DNA from: Trueperaceae bacterium
GTDB taxonomy: Bacteria > Deinococcota > Deinococci > Deinococcales > Trueperaceae
NCBI GenBank assembly: GCA_035703635.1
Contig: DASSXV010000065.1
Span: 1-64,000, forward strand
Length of the DNA stretch: 64,000 nucleotides
Direction of reading: 5' to 3'
The position numbers and the translations under genes are program-made. Positions 1 to 9,388 of the stretch are shown here, in pieces. The notes under the pieces are model-generated. The model was not told the origin of the DNA. It saw nothing but the letters and a program-made list of their open reading frames with translations, and searched no databases. How positions within the stretch are numbered: the stretch's first letter is position 1; each line of letters begins with the position of its first letter.

Positions 1-4
1 ATTC

Positions 5-763
5 ATGTTTCAGCCCATCGCCAGCCTGGCGAGTGAGCGAGACGACTGGTCAGAAGCGTTAGTTCGCTGGCAGATGCCAGACGGCACCGTTCGCGGTCCG
101 CTCGATATCTTGCCGCGCTGGTTGGCTCCAGCACGGATCGAGATATTCACGCACTTCACGCTACTGAGGGGAGCGCAGGCGCTCGCCGCGCACCCTATGG
201 CCCGCTTGTCCATCAACCTAACGCCCGCCCAGATCCTCCTACCGGAGGCGCTGCGCACGTTAGATGGCATGCTGCCTAGCGTCACGGATCGCCTCTACAT
301 CGAGGTAGTCGAAGGGGGCACCTCGGAGGCGCCAGCAATGGCACGGCAGTTGTGGCTCCTGCGCGAGCGCTGCGGCGGCATCTTCCTGGATGACGTCACC
401 CCGCACGACCTGACCAACCGCGTCCGTTTCGACGTGCCGGTAGACGGCGTCAAACTCGACCGCAGCGTGGTTTACACCGCGCTTTACGAGGGCAACGACG
501 CCCTGCGCGAAACGGCGCGGGACTTCGTGAGGAGCACGAGCGAGCGCTACGCGGTCGTAGTGGCAGAGGGCATCGAGGACCTGTCCGCATGTGAGGAGTT
601 AAGGGCACTTGGCGCGAGCCACGTGCAAGGCTTCGGGATAGCTAAACCTGGAGCTGAACTGCGGACGGGCATGTGTGGCTTGCTCAACTTGCCTTCTGGG
701 CGCACGGCGGTGCCCAAAGCACCCGTTGCCGAAGTCGAGTTGAGTGCACGGCCACCAAGCTGA
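5..763 (+). CDS. EAL-domain protein (c-di-GMP phosphodiesterase-like), probably 5'-truncated by the window edge
   Basis: FQPI, EALVRW, SINL, KLDRS, VAEGIE and QGF..AKP motifs of EAL domains. Confidence 0.8.
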   Translation: MFQPIASLASERDDWSEALVRWQMPDGTVRGPLDILPRWLAPARIEIFTHFTLLRGAQALAAHPMARLSINLTPAQILLPEALRTLDGMLPSVTDRLYIEVVEGGTSEAPAMARQLWLLRERCGGIFLDDVTPHDLTNRVRFDVPVDGVKLDRSVVYTALYEGNDALRETARDFVRSTSERYAVVVAEGIEDLSACEELRALGASHVQGFGIAKPGAELRTGMCGLLNLPSGRTAVPKAPVAEVELSARPPS

Positions 764-880
764 GGGCCGCGCCAGGGTAACCGCCGAGCGGCGACCGCTA
801 GCCAGCCGCACCGCTCGGTAGGGTCAAAGAGAGGGAACTTCGCGCTAGGGGCGCGACCAGGACATGGGGGTCCTGGCCGG

Positions 881-921
881 AGGAGGTCGCAGTGGGCACT
901 GGCCAACTGCGACCTTCTTTC
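881..921 (+). terminator. Probable intrinsic terminator after the EAL gene
   Basis: Stem aggaggtcgcagt (881-893) / actgcgaccttct (906-918) running into a short T-rich tail; a second hairpin ccaggac/gtcctgg lies at 857-876. Confidence 0.5.
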
Positions 922-995
922 ATAGTCACCAGCGTTGGGCTCGCGATATCCTCCCCGAAACCGCTCCGGTCACCGGTAGCAGGAAGGAGTGACCT

Positions 996-2255
996 TTGCG
1001 CTTCCGCTTCGCTCACCTAGCCGACCTCCACCTAGACACCCCGTTCCAAGGGCTGCGCGCCAACCGCCCAGACCTAGCCGCCACCTTGCGCGATGCGTCA
1101 CTGACCGCCTGGGATCATGCCGTGACCGCCTGCCTAGCCGCCGAAGTCGACTTCGTGGTCATCGCAGGTGACGTCTACGACGGTGCGGAAGCAGGCGTGA
1201 GGGCTCAGCTGCGCTTCCGCGACGGACTGGCGCGGCTCGCCGCCGCCGGAGTTCAGTCCTTCGTGGTGCACGGCAACCACGACCCGCTAGGGGGCCGTTG
1301 GTCGGCGATAAGCGACTGGCCGCCAGGTGTCACGGTGTTCGGTCACGACGACGTAGCGAGCGCGCCCGTTGTCAAGGACGGCCAACAACTCGCGCTCGTT
1401 CACGGCATCTCGTACGCAAGGCAGGAAGTCACTGAGAACCTCGCCCTGCGCTTCAAGCGCGACAGTAGCTTCGTCGGCTACCAAGTCGGCTTGCTGCACG
1501 CGAACGTCGACGGGCGCGGTGGGCACGCCAACTACGCGCCAGCCTCCCTCGCCGACTTGCGCGCTTCCGGCATGGACTATTGGGCGCTCGGCCACGTGCA
1601 CGTGCGCGCCGTGCTGAGCCACGAGCGCCCCCTCGCCATCTACCCGGGCAACCTGCAGGCGCGTCACGTCAACGAGACGGGCGAGAAAGGCTTCTACCTA
1701 GTCGACGTGGATGACGGGCGGGCGACGGCCAGCTTCGTCGAGGTTGGCCTCGTGCGCTTCGACGACATCCAGTTGGACATCGCGGGCCTCGCTAGCGTCG
1801 CCGAAGTTCACTCCGCCCTGACTGCCGCAGCGCTACTGCCGAGAGGCACGGCGCTGACGCAAGTCCTGCGCGCTAGCCTGCACGGTTCGGGGCCGACCCA
1901 CGCTGCTCTGCAGAAGGCTGGCGAAACCGGGCTCCTCGAGTACCTGGTCGACGTCGCCCCCGCCGGCGTGTGGTGGGACGAGGTCCGGCTGCGCACTAGG
2001 CCGGAACTCGACCGCGAGGCGCGGCTACGAGCTGGCGACTTCATCGCAGACCTCCTGACCCTGAGCGACGCGCGCCGGCCAGACGCCTCCGCGCACGTCG
2101 GTAGCCTCGTCGCCGAGTTGCAGTCGCACGCGCTACTCCGCAACGTCGCCGACCACTTGGGCCTCGAGGCGTTGATCGCCGAGGCTCAGGCGCTGTGGGA
2201 CGAGGCAGCCATCGCCGCCTTCGACCTGGTCGACGCAGAGTCGGCGGAGGGCTAG
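996..2255 (+). CDS. yhaO: Mre11/SbcD-like metallophosphoesterase DNA repair exonuclease (YhaO-like)
   Basis: HLADLHL, AGDVYD, GNHD, ALGHVH and YPGNLQAR motifs. Confidence 0.88.
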   Translation: MRFRFAHLADLHLDTPFQGLRANRPDLAATLRDASLTAWDHAVTACLAAEVDFVVIAGDVYDGAEAGVRAQLRFRDGLARLAAAGVQSFVVHGNHDPLGGRWSAISDWPPGVTVFGHDDVASAPVVKDGQQLALVHGISYARQEVTENLALRFKRDSSFVGYQVGLLHANVDGRGGHANYAPASLADLRASGMDYWALGHVHVRAVLSHERPLAIYPGNLQARHVNETGEKGFYLVDVDDGRATASFVEVGLVRFDDIQLDIAGLASVAEVHSALTAAALLPRGTALTQVLRASLHGSGPTHAALQKAGETGLLEYLVDVAPAGVWWDEVRLRTRPELDREARLRAGDFIADLLTLSDARRPDASAHVGSLVAELQSHALLRNVADHLGLEALIAEAQALWDEAAIAAFDLVDAESAEG

Positions 2256-2258
2256 AAC

Positions 2259-5180
2259 GTGCGCATAGACCGCGTGGCAGTCACGCGTTTCCGCGGGCTG
2301 CACGACCTCGAGCTCGAGTTCGGCGCCGGACTGATGGTCCTCGAAGGCCCGAACGAAGCAGGTAAGAGCACCCTCATGGCCTTCATTCAGGCGCTGCTCT
2401 TCCCGACCACGCTGACCGCGACCACGCGAGTGACTGGCAGCGTCGACATCAGCGTCTCCGGCAAGCGTTACCGCGTTTCTCGCAGCGGCGCGCGAGCCAC
2501 GCAGCGGCTGCGAGACCTGGACACGGGCGAGTCGCTAGCTTCAGCGCACCTCGCCGCGCTCACCGGCCAGCTTGACGCCAGCGTCTACCGCAACGTGTTC
2601 GCGTTCGGCCTTGGCGAGCTCCAGTCGTTCGAGGCCCTCACCGACGCGGCCGTGAAGGAGCGCCTCTACTCTGCGGCCGTCGCGGGGGCGGGGGCCAACG
2701 CCGGTCGCGCCTCTCGCGCGCTGGATGACGAACTGAACGGCCTTCTCAAGCCAAGGAGCCCGGCCACGACGCTTGGCCAACTAGCTGGAGAGCTGACGAG
2801 CGCGCTCAACGCAGCACACGCCGCCAGGCGTGAGGCGGCCAACTACGCTGCGGCGGTCCGCGAACGGGTCAGCGTGGCGGCGGAGGCGGAGCAGCGCGCG
2901 GTTGAGCGCGCGGCGGCGGCCGAACGCGTCGGGTGGTTCAGCGCCCTGCTTGACGCGTGGCCCAACTGGCAGGCGGGCGCAGCTGCCGGCGTCGACCTCG
3001 CCGCCTTGGAGGCTGAGATCGCGGACTACGCGGCTGGCACAGGCGCTGGCCCGGCTCCCGCGCTGTGGCTGGCGCATGCCGAGGGCGTCAAGGGGCTGGA
3101 GGCCAGGCTGGCCGCGTTCGAGCAGACCGCGGCCGAGGTAGAGACGCGTCAGGAGGAGCTAAGCCAGCATGTTGCCGACTTGCGCGCTGGCCTCTCAGCG
3201 TTAGGGCCGCGTTGGAACCCTAAGCGGTTAGCTGACTTCGTGGATGGCGCGGGGTGGCGTGCGCGGGCCGCCGCCGCGAGGACGGCGATCGAGGAGAAGA
3301 CCGCGGCACTAGCTCGCTTGGAGGGGGCGAAGGCCGAGGCTGAACTTCAGGTCGGCCTGGCCGCTGGACGTGAGGAGGCCGCCCGCGACGAGCGCGAGCG
3401 CCTCCTGCGTGAACCCTTGCTCGTACGGGCGTTCGCGCAGGTCGAACCGGAACCCGCCGACGATGACGCAGCCGTAGACGCCGCCTTGGCGCAACTAGCC
3501 GAGCGCACGCGAGAGCGGAAGGCCGGCATGGCCCGCGTGAGCGACCTCTTCACCGAGTTGGCCGAGGTGCGTGACGCGCGCGCGCAAGCCAACGAGCAGC
3601 TGCGGGTAAGCGCGATGCGGGCCGCAGGCTGGCAACGCTGGGTTGGTTGGGCGCTCGTCCTGTGCCTCGCGCTCGGCGCCGGCTGGCTAGGGTGGCGTTC
3701 GGACCGCGCGTATCTGGCGGCCGCGGCCGCCTCGGTGGTGGCAACGGTGCTCCTGTGGCCGCGCTGGCGACGGTCCCGGGTCGCCGCTGCCGCGCTGACG
3801 GAGCTCGAGGAGCGGGCGGCGGCGTTGCGCGCGGAGGAGACCGACTTGACCGCGGACTTGCAGTCGGCGTTGGCGGCGCTTGGGCTCAAGAGGGACGCGC
3901 GCTCGGCGGACGTGGCGGCGGCGAGCCGCGCAGCGCTGGAGCTAGACGCCGCGCTCGAGGCGGCAGCCCGCAGCGGAAGCGACCTTGACCGCGCTGCACG
4001 TGAAGCCAGGGACGCTCGCGCGGCCTTCGCCACTCACGCAGGCAACGCAGCCAAGCTCGGCGAGGAACGCACGGCGCTACTGAACGCCTGGGCAGAGTGG
4101 TGCCGCGCAGCCGGCGTGCCAGCCGACTTGCCGCCGGAGGAGCTGCCGGCTTTCCTAGCGGACATCGAGCGGCTGCAGGCCGTGCAGTCTGCCTTCAGGG
4201 ACGTTGACGCCAAGCTGCGGCCCGCCATGGCGCGAGCCGATGACTACCGCAAGCAAGTCGGCGCGTTGGCTATGGCGCTAGGCCTAGCCTCCGAACCCGA
4301 AGCCGCGGCCAGCACGGTTAGGGCCTGGGCGGCGCGCGCCAAGGAGGTGGAGGCGCGCTACCTGGAACTAGAGCAGAAGCGCCTGGCGTTGCAGGCAGTG
4401 GTTGTCACGGCACTGCGCGATGTCGCTGCCCGCTTCGGGGCCCGCGCCGACCAGGCGCGTGAGGCGTTAGCCGCGGGAGACCCGCAGGGCTGGCAGGCGA
4501 GCCTCACTCTCGAGCAGGAGCGCGAGCGCACCCTGGCCACGGCAGCGCGCAGGCTCAACGAGCAGACCGGAGCCCTCACGCAGAAGCTGGAGGAGGCAGA
4601 GGCCTCCGCCGACCTAGCCACTCAGTTGCAGACCGCTGAACGCGTCGCAGCGGAAGCGCGCGCCCAAGTGCGGCGCTGGGTGGTCGCGCGCCTCGCCAAG
4701 GGCCTGATCGACGACACGCTCGAAGAGTACGAGCGCACGAAAGTCCCAGAGGTGCTGCGCCGCGCCGGGCATCACTTCGGAACCATGACCGCGGGCCGTT
4801 ACGTGCGCGTTCACCTCCACGAGGGCCGCGAGCTGCGGGCGTTCACTCCGAACGACGAGGTGCTCGCAGCGGCGGACCTAAGCCGCGGCACGTTCGAACA
4901 GCTCTACCTCGCCGTGCGCCTCGGCCTCATCGAGTCGTTCTCCGCCGCCAACGTCGCCCTTCCGCTCGTGCTCGACGACGTCCTCGCCAACGCTGATCCC
5001 GAGCGCGCCGCGCGCCTCGCGGCGGTGCTCGCCGACCTCGCCGAGCGCCAGCAGGTCCTCTTCCTGACTTGCCAGCCGCACATAGCCTCCCTGCTAGTCG
5101 CCCAGGCACCGCGCGCCAAGCACGTCGTCTTGCCGCACCGTGTGGGAGCCGCACTGGCGTTTGACGACGGCTCTAGCTGA
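2259..5180 (+). CDS. yhaN: Rad50/SbcC-like ATPase with long coiled coil and two internal TM helices (YhaN-like)
   Basis: Walker A GPNEAGKST, C-terminal LSRGTFEQLYLAVRL signature, LVLDDVLANAD Walker B; follows the nuclease gene. Confidence 0.85.
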   Translation: MRIDRVAVTRFRGLHDLELEFGAGLMVLEGPNEAGKSTLMAFIQALLFPTTLTATTRVTGSVDISVSGKRYRVSRSGARATQRLRDLDTGESLASAHLAALTGQLDASVYRNVFAFGLGELQSFEALTDAAVKERLYSAAVAGAGANAGRASRALDDELNGLLKPRSPATTLGQLAGELTSALNAAHAARREAANYAAAVRERVSVAAEAEQRAVERAAAAERVGWFSALLDAWPNWQAGAAAGVDLAALEAEIADYAAGTGAGPAPALWLAHAEGVKGLEARLAAFEQTAAEVETRQEELSQHVADLRAGLSALGPRWNPKRLADFVDGAGWRARAAAARTAIEEKTAALARLEGAKAEAELQVGLAAGREEAARDERERLLREPLLVRAFAQVEPEPADDDAAVDAALAQLAERTRERKAGMARVSDLFTELAEVRDARAQANEQLRVSAMRAAGWQRWVGWALVLCLALGAGWLGWRSDRAYLAAAAASVVATVLLWPRWRRSRVAAAALTELEERAAALRAEETDLTADLQSALAALGLKRDARSADVAAASRAALELDAALEAAARSGSDLDRAAREARDARAAFATHAGNAAKLGEERTALLNAWAEWCRAAGVPADLPPEELPAFLADIERLQAVQSAFRDVDAKLRPAMARADDYRKQVGALAMALGLASEPEAAASTVRAWAARAKEVEARYLELEQKRLALQAVVVTALRDVAARFGARADQAREALAAGDPQGWQASLTLEQERERTLATAARRLNEQTGALTQKLEEAEASADLATQLQTAERVAAEARAQVRRWVVARLAKGLIDDTLEEYERTKVPEVLRRAGHHFGTMTAGRYVRVHLHEGRELRAFTPNDEVLAAADLSRGTFEQLYLAVRLGLIESFSAANVALPLVLDDVLANADPERAARLAAVLADLAERQQVLFLTCQPHIASLLVAQAPRAKHVVLPHRVGAALAFDDGSS

Positions 5181-5242
5181 GCCGCTGTTCTACCGCCAAC
5201 TCGGGCCCGGCCTTGACACGCATCCACCCAAAGGATTAACTG

Positions 5243-5271
5243 AACCTGACATCTGAATCAGTAGTCAGGTT
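5243..5271. promoter_or_regulatory. Inverted repeat, candidate TetR operator
   Basis: AACCTGAC-at-CTGA-a-TCAG-ta-GTCAGGTT, downstream of TTGACA (5213-5218) and upstream of tetR. Confidence 0.7.
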
Positions 5272-5325
5272 AGGGCGCGGCGCCTCAGCGGCCGTCTCGC
5301 CCAACCGTCAAGAGGAAGGCACGAG

Positions 5326-5934
5326 TTGAACGCACTCCCACGTCCAAGCACAGCCCGCGGCGAGGCAACGCGCCGCAAGCTGCTCACCGCGGCCGAGATC
5401 GAGTTCGGCCAGAACGGTTACGTGGCCACCGCCGTCTCCGACATCACGAAACGTTCCGGAGTGGCGCAGGGGACCTTCTACCTCTACTTTCCCTCCAAGA
5501 TCGACGTGCTGCGCGAACTCGTGCGAGACATGGGCAGGCAATTACGGCACGCACTTAGCGAGGGCACGGCGGGCGCAACCGACCGCCTCAGCGTCGAGCG
5601 CCTCGGCCTCGAGGCGTTCATCGCCTTCTCCCTCAGCCACCAGAACCTCTACAAGGTCGTCATGGAATCGCAGTTCGTCGACGAGACCATCTACCGCGAG
5701 TACTACCAGACCCTAGCGGACGCCTACACCGTCAACCTCGAACGCGCCCAAGCCAGCGGCGACGTGCGCCAAGGCAACGCCAGCGCACAGGCGTGGTCCC
5801 TCATGGGCGTTGCTCACTTCCTCGGGCTGCGTTACGCCATCTGGCGCCACGAAGCGCCGCCGCAAGAGATCTTCGACGCCACCTTCGAGCTCATCGCCAA
5901 CGGCCTCGCTCCCGACCCTGGCGGCGGCGCATGA
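5326..5934 (+). CDS. TetR/AcrR family transcriptional regulator
   Basis: N-terminal HTH (GVAQGTFYLYFPSK); TTG start after gaggaagg. Confidence 0.92.
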   Translation: MNALPRPSTARGEATRRKLLTAAEIEFGQNGYVATAVSDITKRSGVAQGTFYLYFPSKIDVLRELVRDMGRQLRHALSEGTAGATDRLSVERLGLEAFIAFSLSHQNLYKVVMESQFVDETIYREYYQTLADAYTVNLERAQASGDVRQGNASAQAWSLMGVAHFLGLRYAIWRHEAPPQEIFDATFELIANGLAPDPGGGA

Positions 5935-6986
5935 CCCGCGACCACGTCGGCATCACCGGGCTCGGCACCTACGTTCCGGCCGGGCGCTTGAGCGCCGCCG
6001 ACCTCGCGGAGGCATCCGGCCTACCGGAGTGGGTGGTGAGGGAGAAACTCGGGATAGCGGCGCGGGTGCTGCCTGGCGCGGACGATCACCCCGTGGCCAT
6101 GGGCGTGACGGCCGGCGCTCGCGCCCTGCAGGACGCCGGCGTGAGACCGGAAGACGTCGACGTCGTCATCTCCATGACCGAGGAGTACAAGGAGTACCCG
6201 GTTTGGACGGCGGGCATCAAGCTCGCTTACGACGTCGGAGCGCGTAACGCCTACGCTTACGACCTCGGCCAGAAGTGCGGCACCGCCGTCCTTGCCCTCA
6301 AGCAGGCCAATGACCTGCTCATCGCGGACCCTAGCGTCGACGTCGTGCTCGTGGCCGGCGGTTACAGGAACTCCGACCTGATCCGCTTCACCGATCCGGA
6401 CGTCCGCTTCATGTACAACCTCGGGGCGGGCGCTGGCGCGGCCGTTGTGCAGCGCGGCAAAGGGCACCGGTTACTTAGCGCCAGCATCGTCACCGACGGC
6501 AGCTTCTCCCTCGACGTGCTCGTGCCCGTCGGCGGCACCAAGGCGCCGCTCACGAGCGACAACCTTGACGATTACCGCCTGCGCGTGCCCGACCCGGCAG
6601 GCATGAAGGCGCGGCTCGAGAGCACCAGCCTCGACAACTTCGTGACGGTCGTCGAGCGGGCCGTCGCCAAGAGCGGCGCCAGCATGGCGGACATCGATTA
6701 CCTCGCCATGCTCCACGTCAAACGCAGCGCCCACGACTACCTGCTTGGCCGCCTTGGCCTGACCGAACGGCAGAGCACCTACCTCAACGATTACGGCCAC
6801 CTCGGTCAGGTCGACCAACTCCTCTCGCTAGAGATCGCGCGTGACAACGGCACCCTCAAGCCGGGCGACCTGGCGGTTGCCGTGGCGGCAGGTGTCGGCT
6901 ACGTGTGGAACGCCATCGCGCTCCGATGGGCGGGCGCTGACGGAGCGCAAGCTGACGGGGCGCCAGCTAGCGGGGCGCCCGCATGA
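5931..6986 (+). CDS. 3-oxoacyl-ACP synthase III (FabH-like) family protein
   Basis: ATGA overlap with tetR; VGITGLGTYVP, catalytic Cys (QKCG), His (MLHVK), YGHLG, AAGVGYVW. Confidence 0.85.
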   Translation: MTRDHVGITGLGTYVPAGRLSAADLAEASGLPEWVVREKLGIAARVLPGADDHPVAMGVTAGARALQDAGVRPEDVDVVISMTEEYKEYPVWTAGIKLAYDVGARNAYAYDLGQKCGTAVLALKQANDLLIADPSVDVVLVAGGYRNSDLIRFTDPDVRFMYNLGAGAGAAVVQRGKGHRLLSASIVTDGSFSLDVLVPVGGTKAPLTSDNLDDYRLRVPDPAGMKARLESTSLDNFVTVVERAVAKSGASMADIDYLAMLHVKRSAHDYLLGRLGLTERQSTYLNDYGHLGQVDQLLSLEIARDNGTLKPGDLAVAVAAGVGYVWNAIALRWAGADGAQADGAPASGAPA

Positions 6987-8482
6987 TCCTCGACGTCGCG
7001 GCCCGGCGCGCCGACCTCACCCCCGAGCGCGACGCGCTGTGGTGGGACGGGCGGTGGTACACGTACTCCGAACTCAACGAACGCGCCGCGCGCACCGCCG
7101 CCCTCCTAGCCAGCATGGGGGTTCGCAAGGGCGACCGCGTGGCCATCGCGGCCCACAACCACATCGGACACCTCGACCTCATCCTCTCTACGGCCAAGCT
7201 AGGGTTCATCTTCGCCCCGCTCAACGTGCGCCTCGCCCAGCGCGAGCTCGAGGGGTTAGGCGCCTACCTGAAGCCGAGCGTCGTCCTGCACGACGCCGAG
7301 CACGCGCCGGCAGCAGCCGCGGCCGCTGGTGGCGGCGCGGTGCTCGAGTTGGAGGCCTTCTGGCGCGAGGCGGCAAGTGGCGCTGCGCTCCCTGCCGTGC
7401 CTCGCCCAGACTTGGGTCCGGAAGACGTGCAGATGATCCTCTTGACGGGCGGCACCACCGGCCTGCCGAAGGGCGCCATGCTGCCGTACCGCCAGAACTT
7501 CTACAACGCCGTCAACACGGTGTTCTCGTGGGGCCTGAACGAGAGCGACTGCGTCGTGCAAGCGACGCCCTGCTATCACGCCGCCGTCAACGCCTTCACC
7601 ACGCCGTTGTTCCAGGTCGGCGGGCGCACCATCCTGCAGAGGAAGTTCGATCCGGAAGAGTACCTGCGGCTCGTGGAGGAGCTAGGCGCGACCGTCCTCT
7701 TCCTCGTGCCGACCATGTACGCCATGGTCGCCAACGACCCGAGCTTCGCCACGCGCGACCTGAGCAGCGTGCGCTGGGCCATCTCCGGCGGCGCCGCCTG
7801 CCCAGAACCCGTTCGTCACGCGTTCGCCGACCGCGGCGTGCGCTTCCGGCAGGGTTACGGGCTGACGGAGGCGGGCGTCAACTGCTTCGCCATCACCCTA
7901 GAGCAGGCGCAGCGCCGGCCGGAGTCGGTCGGCAAACCGCTACTGCATGCGGAAGCGGCCGTGCGGCGGCCGGACGGCAGCGTCTGCGACCCTGGCGAGG
8001 TCGGCGAGCTCACCCTGCGCGGGCCCCACGTTTTCCTCGGCTACTACGAGGGGCCGCAAGCTACGGGCGAGGTCTTGAGGGATGGCTGGTTGTGGACGGG
8101 CGACCTCGCCACCACGGACGTCGACGGCTACTACACCGTCGCAGGAAGGCGCAAAGAGATGTTCATTTCCGGCGGGGAGAACGTCTTCCCCACCGAGATC
8201 GAGAGCGCCCTCTACGACCACCCAGCCGTCAACGAGTGCGCAGTCCTTGGCGTGCCAGACGAGCGCTGGGGCGAAGTCGGCGTCGCGTACGTGACCCTGC
8301 GTCCCGGCGCGGCCGCCTCCGTGGAGGAACTGCGCGGTCACCTCCTCGCGCGCCTGGCGCGCTACAAGGTCCCGAAGCACATCGAACTAGCTGAAGAGCT
8401 GCCGAAGAGCGGCGCAGGCAAGATCCTCAAGACGACGCTGAAAGAGCGCTTCGAGCGCTCCCACCAAGGAGGGGAAGCATGA
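6983..8482 (+). CDS. Acyl-CoA synthetase / AMP-binding ligase
   Basis: TGGTTGLPKG, GYGLTE, TGD, SGGENV and PKSGAGK motifs. Confidence 0.92.
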   Translation: MILDVAARRADLTPERDALWWDGRWYTYSELNERAARTAALLASMGVRKGDRVAIAAHNHIGHLDLILSTAKLGFIFAPLNVRLAQRELEGLGAYLKPSVVLHDAEHAPAAAAAAGGGAVLELEAFWREAASGAALPAVPRPDLGPEDVQMILLTGGTTGLPKGAMLPYRQNFYNAVNTVFSWGLNESDCVVQATPCYHAAVNAFTTPLFQVGGRTILQRKFDPEEYLRLVEELGATVLFLVPTMYAMVANDPSFATRDLSSVRWAISGGAACPEPVRHAFADRGVRFRQGYGLTEAGVNCFAITLEQAQRRPESVGKPLLHAEAAVRRPDGSVCDPGEVGELTLRGPHVFLGYYEGPQATGEVLRDGWLWTGDLATTDVDGYYTVAGRRKEMFISGGENVFPTEIESALYDHPAVNECAVLGVPDERWGEVGVAYVTLRPGAAASVEELRGHLLARLARYKVPKHIELAEELPKSGAGKILKTTLKERFERSHQGGEA

Positions 8483-9303
8483 CGGCAGGACAGCGGATCG
8501 GCGTGCACGTGTCGCGCCCAACGGGCGGCGCAGCGGCCGACCTCACCATCGATTACGCCCGAGCTGGCGCTGGCGCCCCCGTGCTGCTCGTGCATGGCAA
8601 CTTCGCCAGCCGCCAGTGGTGGCTCGAGCAGCTGACCGACCCGGCGCCGGGCCTCGACCTCATAGCCCCGGACCTGCCGGGCTTCGTGCGCTCGGACCCG
8701 CTGCCAGGCGCCTGGCCGACTAGCGAGTGGGTTGACGCTTGGGCAGACACCATGGCCGAGTTCCTCAAAGCGCTCGGCGTCGAGCAGGCTGGCGTCGTCG
8801 GGCACAGCCTTGGAGGCGCGGTGGCGCAAACGTTGGCGGTGCGCCACCCCGAACTAGTGACGGCGCTACTCCTCGTCGACGCCGCGCCACCTGCCGGGTT
8901 CGTGACGCCGGAGGCGCACTTCCCCGTGCTGAGCGCTTACCGCACCAACCGCGAACTCCTAACGGCGGGCCTGAGCGCCATCACGCCGACCCGCCAACCC
9001 GCCTACTTCCCCGCGCTGATCGACGACGCCATGGGCATGGACGAGCGCAATTACCAAGGCAACGCCAGGGCGCTCGGGGAGTACGACCTCAGCGGCCGCA
9101 CCACAGCCGTGACGGTGCCAGTCACCGTATTGCACGGCGGCAAGGACCTGCTCGTGCCGGCGGCCGCGGCCGCGGCCACCGCCGACGCCTACCCGAACGC
9201 CACCCTCATCACCTGGGAGGACGTCGGCCACTCACCGCCGCTCGAGGCGCCGGCCGCCTTCCGCGACTTGCTAGCCAAGACCTTCTCGGGGGGCGCCAAA
9301 TGA
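8479..9303 (+). CDS. Alpha/beta hydrolase
   Basis: LVHGN, GHSLGG nucleophile elbow, GGKD, GHSP. Confidence 0.9.
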   Translation: MTAGQRIGVHVSRPTGGAAADLTIDYARAGAGAPVLLVHGNFASRQWWLEQLTDPAPGLDLIAPDLPGFVRSDPLPGAWPTSEWVDAWADTMAEFLKALGVEQAGVVGHSLGGAVAQTLAVRHPELVTALLLVDAAPPAGFVTPEAHFPVLSAYRTNRELLTAGLSAITPTRQPAYFPALIDDAMGMDERNYQGNARALGEYDLSGRTTAVTVPVTVLHGGKDLLVPAAAAAATADAYPNATLITWEDVGHSPPLEAPAAFRDLLAKTFSGGAK

Positions 9304-9388
9304 GATGAGCCCACCTGCTACCGCCCAGAGGCCCCACACCCATCAGACTCCTGGCATCGCCCGGAGACAGACCTTCCAAGGAGGAAGC

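Noticed and set aside
784-921. Hairpin cluster or pseudoknot as a riboswitch or HDV-like ribozyme
   Set aside because: Element order does not fit HDV and no riboswitch consensus was recognised; a terminator explains the main stem
6841-8394. Long alternative-frame and antisense ORFs (e.g. 517 aa here, 481 aa at 23595-25040, 333 aa at 9473-10474)
   Set aside because: Shadow ORFs typical of high-GC DNA, overlapping well-supported genes
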